A stretch of 64,000 nucleotides of DNA. It comes from a virus. The notes beneath the pieces were generated by a model, which was not told the DNA's origin, did no database searches, and saw nothing but the letters and a program-made list of their open reading frames with translations. Each line of letters opens with the position of its first letter. Position 1 is the first letter of the stretch. The DNA lies in the IMG/VR virus record IMGVR_UViG_3300045988_122866, positions 26,982 through 90,981 of that record; one strand, written 5' to 3'. Shown in pieces: positions 59,164-64,000 of the stretch. Position numbers and translations under genes: made by a program.

Positions 59164-60792
59164 CTATTCAGAATACAATTTCTCGTATTCCTCCTCGGAC
59201 GACTTAAACTTGATTAAACTGATGCCATCTGGCATAGTTATCTTCAAGGTAGGATTTTTATCTTTTGACATTAAAGTTAAGTTATTTGATGCAACTTTTA
59301 TTCCTTCAACGGCAATAGATGCTTCTTCTACCCCTTGGCCCCAAAGTGGTTTAAGTTGAGCGATATCAATAATATCTTTTCCAACTAAATCATTAGTGTG
59401 ATAAATAAAATCAACACTATAAATTGGGGTGAAATCAAAATCTTGTAAAGCAGAATTCGCGTATTCAATAAATTTATCAAAATTATCATCAATAATACCA
59501 AATCCAAAAGCATTAGGATGTCCTTCCGCATACATAATTAGATTTGATTTTTGACAAAATTCTCTAAAGTCTTTAAGCGCGGATTTGTCGTATCCTCTGC
59601 CGGAGCCTTCCCAACAAATTTGTTGAGTTTCTTCATCTATTGTTTTATTAAGAATTAAAACAGGACATTGATATTTGCTCATTAATTGATTGGCCATTAA
59701 TCCAGTCAAATTTTTGTCAGCAGCAAATCCATCTAACTTAATTCCTAAGATTTTATTACTTAAAAGATTTTGATTTGCGATTATCTATTCAATTTTTTCC
59801 AAGCTAGTGTCTCTGATTTTAGTTTGCCTATTCTTGATATTAGTACAATTACGACAAGCTTGTTCTACTCTTGTTTCTGCTTGACCTTTACATCCACGTT
59901 TTGTTGAAGGGACAAGTTCGTATCCCTTAAAATCAAGCATCGACTCGAATAGCATGAGCTTTTCTTCTTGCGTCCCAACACGAGTAGTTGCATTAACTAA
60001 AGGAGCAATATAGAAAGCTACTCCAATAGGCGTAATCTCATTATTAAAATGAAACTAATCTCTATTGATTATGCCTCTGAAGTAAGGATTGGTGATTTGT
60101 TGTAAGCCTTTATTAATTAAATGTTTTGTTTCAAAATCACGCATATCCATCATGTCGGCCACCATTCCAAGAGCAACTAAATCCAATATATGATCCGCAT
60201 ACTGAACATTCATAAGTTCATCAATATAACAACAAAACTTATAAACCATTCCTACACCAGATAAAGATTTGGTCGGATAATCACATAATTGATTGTTAAT
60301 AATACAAGCATACTATGATATTTTATCAGCTTCATGGTGGTCTATTACCAACACGTCAATACCATTTTTATATAAATATTCGTGTTCTAAATAATCATTT
60401 GATGAAGAATCTGGAGCAATTACTAATTTAATATCTTTATCAATACTATCTGGTATAATTCCGTGTTGTTTTCCTGCATGGACACGATAAAAAATATTGT
60501 TTTGCACAAACGCAGGAAAAAGACAGTATAAGTAATTCATGAGTGCAGCCGCCGAAGTATAGCCATCACAATCACTATCTACCTATATAAGAACTTTGTC
60601 ATTTTGTGCAATATGTTTGACGAGCATTTTTGCACCATTTTCTATTCTATCAATAGTTGCTGGTTCTATAATGTCGTCATCAGTGGTATTAAGATAATGA
60701 GGAATATCTTGTAATTTAATTCCTCTATTGGTTAGCACCTGTTCGACCGCTGAATACTGCGGGATGCGAGGAGCTTTTAGTTGATAGTCCAT
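59164..60792 (-). CDS. RecJ-like DHH-family single-strand DNA exonuclease of about 542 aa
   Basis: DHH motif (VIDHHEADKIS) and DHHA1 motif (EGHPNAFGFG). Four tool ORFs share one frame and are separated only by TAG, for example at 60055-60057 and 59785-59787. Confidence 0.7.
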
Positions 60793-60861
60793 AGGCTATT
60801 CAACCTCCTTTCATAATACCACCACTATTATTTAAGAATTTCTATAATTTACTTATTCATA

Positions 60862-61179
60862 TCAGTCCTCTCCTACTGGATCACCATAATAATGATAAGC
60901 AGTATAAGGAAGGGCTCTTGTGCATGGAAAAATAATAGTTTCAATAACTGAAAGAGGGGTTTGACGAGAAATATAAGAAATATTACACTTATATCCTCTG
61001 GCATTTCCAGTAGAAATAACTACTTTCCAATAATCTTCATTTTCAAAAACTATAGAATAATGATTGATAGATTTAATTTTTTCTATTGGTTTTATACCCA
61101 TTGCTTTATATTGTTCTTCAATTCTTTCCATTTGTTCAATTCCTTCAATGAAAGTATTACACCAAACAATACCTGTCAT
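60862..61179 (-). CDS. Hypothetical protein of 105 aa
   Basis: Intact ORF. Confidence 0.45.
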   Translation of the reverse strand: MTGIVWCNTFIEGIEQMERIEEQYKAMGIKPIEKIKSINHYSIVFENEDYWKVVISTGNARGYKCNISYISRQTPLSVIETIIFPCTRALPYTAYHYYGDPVGED

Positions 61180-61466
61180 AAACCACTCTCTCCCATCTTA
61201 TGCCCTAATGGACAAATATGAAAAAGAACAGGAATCTCTATTTCCGTATATCCTTTTTCTAAATCTCCATTATATCTAATTACTTTTCGAGTTTCAATTC
61301 CACTTGATATACAATTACTGGTTTTGTCATAATATTTATTACATTTATCGCAATAAATACAACTTCGGAGCAAACTATCTCTTTGTTTTTTTAATCCTTC
61401 GATTTGCGCGCTCAGTGAAATAATTGTATCATTTACAGAGATAGGAATATCATAATCATCATTCAT
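61176..61466 (-). CDS. Small Zn-ribbon protein of 96 aa
   Basis: Contains CIYCDKC…HICPLGH. Confidence 0.45.
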   Translation of the reverse strand: MNDDYDIPISVNDTIISLSAQIEGLKKQRDSLLRSCIYCDKCNKYYDKTSNCISSGIETRKVIRYNGDLEKGYTEIEIPVLFHICPLGHKMGESGL

Positions 61467-62566
61467 ATAAATATCCTTTCCTTATATAATTGTAAAAATT
61501 TTTCTTTACCCTCATCAATTGGTGAATCTTTGTATTTTGTAATCATATTTTTATCAAAAATAAAAGATATAAGCACATCATTTTTAAATTTAGTTCTAAT
61601 CTTTAAAAGATTTAACTTTAAGTGTTGAAATTCCGCATCTCCAATTTCTTGGAATTGCCTATCAAAAGCAATTATAATTTCCTGCGCACCGCTATCTAAC
61701 AATAGTTGAATTTGATGCGAAGAAACATTGCTTCCGCAACAAGCTACTGATATATTATTATTCCAACCAAAATCAGTTGCATATTTTAATACTGATTTTT
61801 CGCTTTCAAAAATGATTGCTTTTTTCATTATGCCAATGGCATTTTTAGACCAATTTAATCCATATAAGTTCATTCCAAGAGGATGATTATATAATTGATT
61901 ATTTATTTTCATTGGTCTATATTTCCCATATAGCTCCGCCTCGTCTTTGCACATAGTGCGTCCGCGCAAGCCTACAAATCTTCCACTAATATCATAATGA
62001 GGAATCGTAATTTGATCGGCTCCTGGATAAAAACCAATACGTGCTTTATTAATTACCTCTTGAGAAATTCCCTCATCAAGCCAAGGAATTATTTTAATAT
62101 TATAATTTAATCTATTTAAAATAGAGTCATCATAATCTTTTAGAATAATTTTATTATTTTTTAATTCAATCTCTTGAATACGAGAATAATTTGATAAAAT
62201 TTTCCAATCATCTAAAGTTTTACCCATATCGTCATCTTTTATCATGCCTGACAAACCAAAACGACGAGCAACCCATAACACTGAATCATTTAAATCAAAT
62301 TCTTCATCATATTGAATTTTCATTACTTTAGAACATAATTCAAAAATATCAAAAGTTGAATCGCATCCCGTGTAGCATTTAAATAATCCTGTATTTTCAT
62401 AAAAATAAAGTTTTCTGCTACCTTCTCCAGGAGGATTATGACAAATGGTGGAAGAGAGAATCCCGAATTCTGTATATTCAGGATCTCCGCCCCATTCAAT
62501 TAATAAATCATAAATATTTTCAAGCCCAAGAGCTTGACGAATTTCTGATTTATCAAATACTATCAT
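61463..62566 (-). CDS. DnaG-like DNA primase with a zinc-binding domain and a TOPRIM domain
   Basis: Zn-finger CHNPPGEGSRKLYFYENTGLFKCYTGC and a TOPRIM-like EIIIAFD segment. Confidence 0.75.
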   Translation of the reverse strand: MIVFDKSEIRQALGLENIYDLLIEWGGDPEYTEFGILSSTICHNPPGEGSRKLYFYENTGLFKCYTGCDSTFDIFELCSKVMKIQYDEEFDLNDSVLWVARRFGLSGMIKDDDMGKTLDDWKILSNYSRIQEIELKNNKIILKDYDDSILNRLNYNIKIIPWLDEGISQEVINKARIGFYPGADQITIPHYDISGRFVGLRGRTMCKDEAELYGKYRPMKINNQLYNHPLGMNLYGLNWSKNAIGIMKKAIIFESEKSVLKYATDFGWNNNISVACCGSNVSSHQIQLLLDSGAQEIIIAFDRQFQEIGDAEFQHLKLNLLKIRTKFKNDVLISFIFDKNMITKYKDSPIDEGKEKFLQLYKERIFI

Positions 62567-62735
62567 AAGTAATTACTTTAGAACAATTTCTCATAAGTCC
62601 ACACTGTTCATTAACATAATGGACAAGCATTTCCTGCGGACGAAGCTTAGCAAGACTAGGAACGGCTTTATAAGAACGAATAATCTCCTTAGCCATTCTA
62701 TTGCTCATCTTGTATTCAACATTACCACTCTTCAT
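62553..62735 (-). CDS. Hypothetical protein of 60 aa
   Basis: Intact ORF. Confidence 0.35.
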   Translation of the reverse strand: MKSGNVEYKMSNRMAKEIIRSYKAVPSLAKLRPQEMLVHYVNEQCGLMRNCSKVITYDSI

Positions 62736-62752
62736 AATTTTTCTCCTTAATT

Positions 62753-64000
62753 TTAAAAAGCTGACTCTTCTTCAAGAGTAATTTTTATATCATCAATAGG
62801 AACAAGTTCATAAGCGTATGTAGTACAAAACATAGGAATAATTCTACAAGTTCCTAAATCTGCTTTACACCATAAAATAACTCCTTTATACCTACCACGT
62901 CTATTTTTATAAACAGACATTTTAATAGTTGGAGTATCAAATAATTTTGTGTTTAGTATTTTTTCCAATGAAATTAAATCATCATCTTGGACATTTAAAA
63001 GAATTGATCCATAATCTACTTTATCGGCAATAGATTTTGCTCCACGCAAAAGATTCTGGTCAGGAGTTTTAGAATCAACATAATCACCATTTAACTGTGT
63101 TGCTGACATAATAAAAACACCATATTGATTACAGATATCTTTTAATTTGTTAGATAGCATAAAAAGTATGTTATCTTCACGAAGTTTTACTCCACCACTA
63201 CGACGAGTAATTTCTTCAAGAATTTTCATGCTTGTATGAATATAGTCGTGAAATATATATTTTACATCGTGATCTCGGATGCCTTTTTTGATTTCATTCT
63301 CGACATCCTGCAATGAAAAATCAGGTAATTCACGGATATACAATGGGCTATCTTTAAGAATTTTTGCGGCCTCTATTACTCGTTCTTTTTCATTTCCTTG
63401 ATATTCATTATAAATAATATGTTCTTCATTCACATTAGAAAGAAAAGCAAGCATCATTGTTTGAATTTCATTTTTATCTTGCTCTGTAGTTATATACAAT
63501 ACTGGTTCTTGAATTCCGTTTTTAATCCAACTTCCAAAAGTATCATCATATATTTTATTACAAGCAATATAGCACGAATCCGCAATCATAGAACGAGTTT
63601 TACCTACTCCTGTGGCCGCGGAACGCAAATAAAACTTTTTAAGTCTTGCACCACGAGTAACTGTATTAATTAATGGCCCATATAGAGGACTTCCTGCTAT
63701 TGGATGTTGCTCTAAGTCATCAAGCAATTCAAAAATTCCATCACCTGCTTGAACCGCAACTCCTTCAACGTCATTTACATACTCATATTTAATTTGTTCT
63801 ATGCGGTCATCAATTAATTGTGCGATATGCTCTAATGAAGAATTATCAAGATTATCTTCTTGTAATTGTTTTTTTTCAGTATCTAAAATATTATCAGGAT
63901 CATAAATAAAAGAAACATCAATGCCATATCTGTCATAAGCACGAAGTAGAGACATTTTTTTTAAACGACCATAATAATAATCAAATGACAAAGGTTTCGC
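62753..64000 (-). CDS. DnaB-like replicative helicase; the 5' end lies beyond the window edge
   Basis: RecA-like C-terminal domain with Walker A ATGVGKTRSM and FIMSATQLNG. The frame stays open to position 64000. Confidence 0.85.
   Translation of the reverse strand, partial: AKPLSFDYYYGRLKKMSLLRAYDRYGIDVSFIYDPDNILDTEKKQLQEDNLDNSSLEHIAQLIDDRIEQIKYEYVNDVEGVAVQAGDGIFELLDDLEQHPIAGSPLYGPLINTVTRGARLKKFYLRSAATGVGKTRSMIADSCYIACNKIYDDTFGSWIKNGIQEPVLYITTEQDKNEIQTMMLAFLSNVNEEHIIYNEYQGNEKERVIEAAKILKDSPLYIRELPDFSLQDVENEIKKGIRDHDVKYIFHDYIHTSMKILEEITRRSGGVKLREDNILFMLSNKLKDICNQYGVFIMSATQLNGDYVDSKTPDQNLLRGAKSIADKVDYGSILLNVQDDDLISLEKILNTKLFDTPTIKMSVYKNRRGRYKGVILWCKADLGTCRIIPMFCTTYAYELVPIDDIKITLEEESAF

Noticed and set aside
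1-64000. TGA might be recoded as well, as in code 4, which is common in some recoded gut phages.
   Set aside because: TGA terminates several genes at positions followed by intergenic signals such as RBS or terminator (5402, 21237, 23879, 36407, 43287, 44603). I found no long frame that needs TGA read-through.
1-64000. tRNA genes (especially a suppressor tRNA), CRISPR arrays, integrase or attachment sites.
   Set aside because: Manual scanning of intergenic regions found no tRNA-like T-loop or acceptor-stem signatures, no repeat-spacer arrays and no recombinase-like ORF. A suppressor tRNA is expected elsewhere in the genome but cannot be claimed here.

Overview
This 64 kb window is a contiguous piece of a large tailed dsDNA phage genome, AT-rich and probably from a low-GC Gram-positive (Firmicutes) host. 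The central observation is that TAG (amber) is read as a sense codon throughout. This resembles translation table 15, where TAG most likely encodes Gln, but the amino acid cannot be determined from sequence. TAA and TGA remain true stops. The supplied standard-code ORF track therefore shatters most late genes into fragments. Re-reading through TAG only gives two modules. The first (1-40669, + strand) is a virion and tail morphogenesis module. It holds an 8.5 kb tape-measure gene of 2828 codons, large baseplate/tail proteins, an array of paralogous tail-fiber/receptor-binding genes including a 2581-codon giant with a BspA-type leucine-rich-repeat C-terminus, and a putative holin. The second (44639-64000, - strand) is a replication and nucleotide-metabolism module. 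It holds a DnaB-like helicase, DnaG-like primase, RecJ-like DHH exonuclease, Dda/RecD-like helicase, PolIII-alpha (DnaE-type) polymerase, guanylate-kinase-like protein, anaerobic RNR NrdD/NrdG, dUTPase and a RuvC-like resolvase. Between them (40714-44605) sit a convergent atypical LytTR-family regulator, a repeat-rich regulatory region, and a small late-gene cluster that includes a protein resembling the BclA (exosporium) C-terminal domain. In-frame TAG density is very high in late genes and near zero in replication genes. No tRNA, CRISPR array or mobile element was recognised in the window. Many coordinates were derived by hand and may be off by a few nt.
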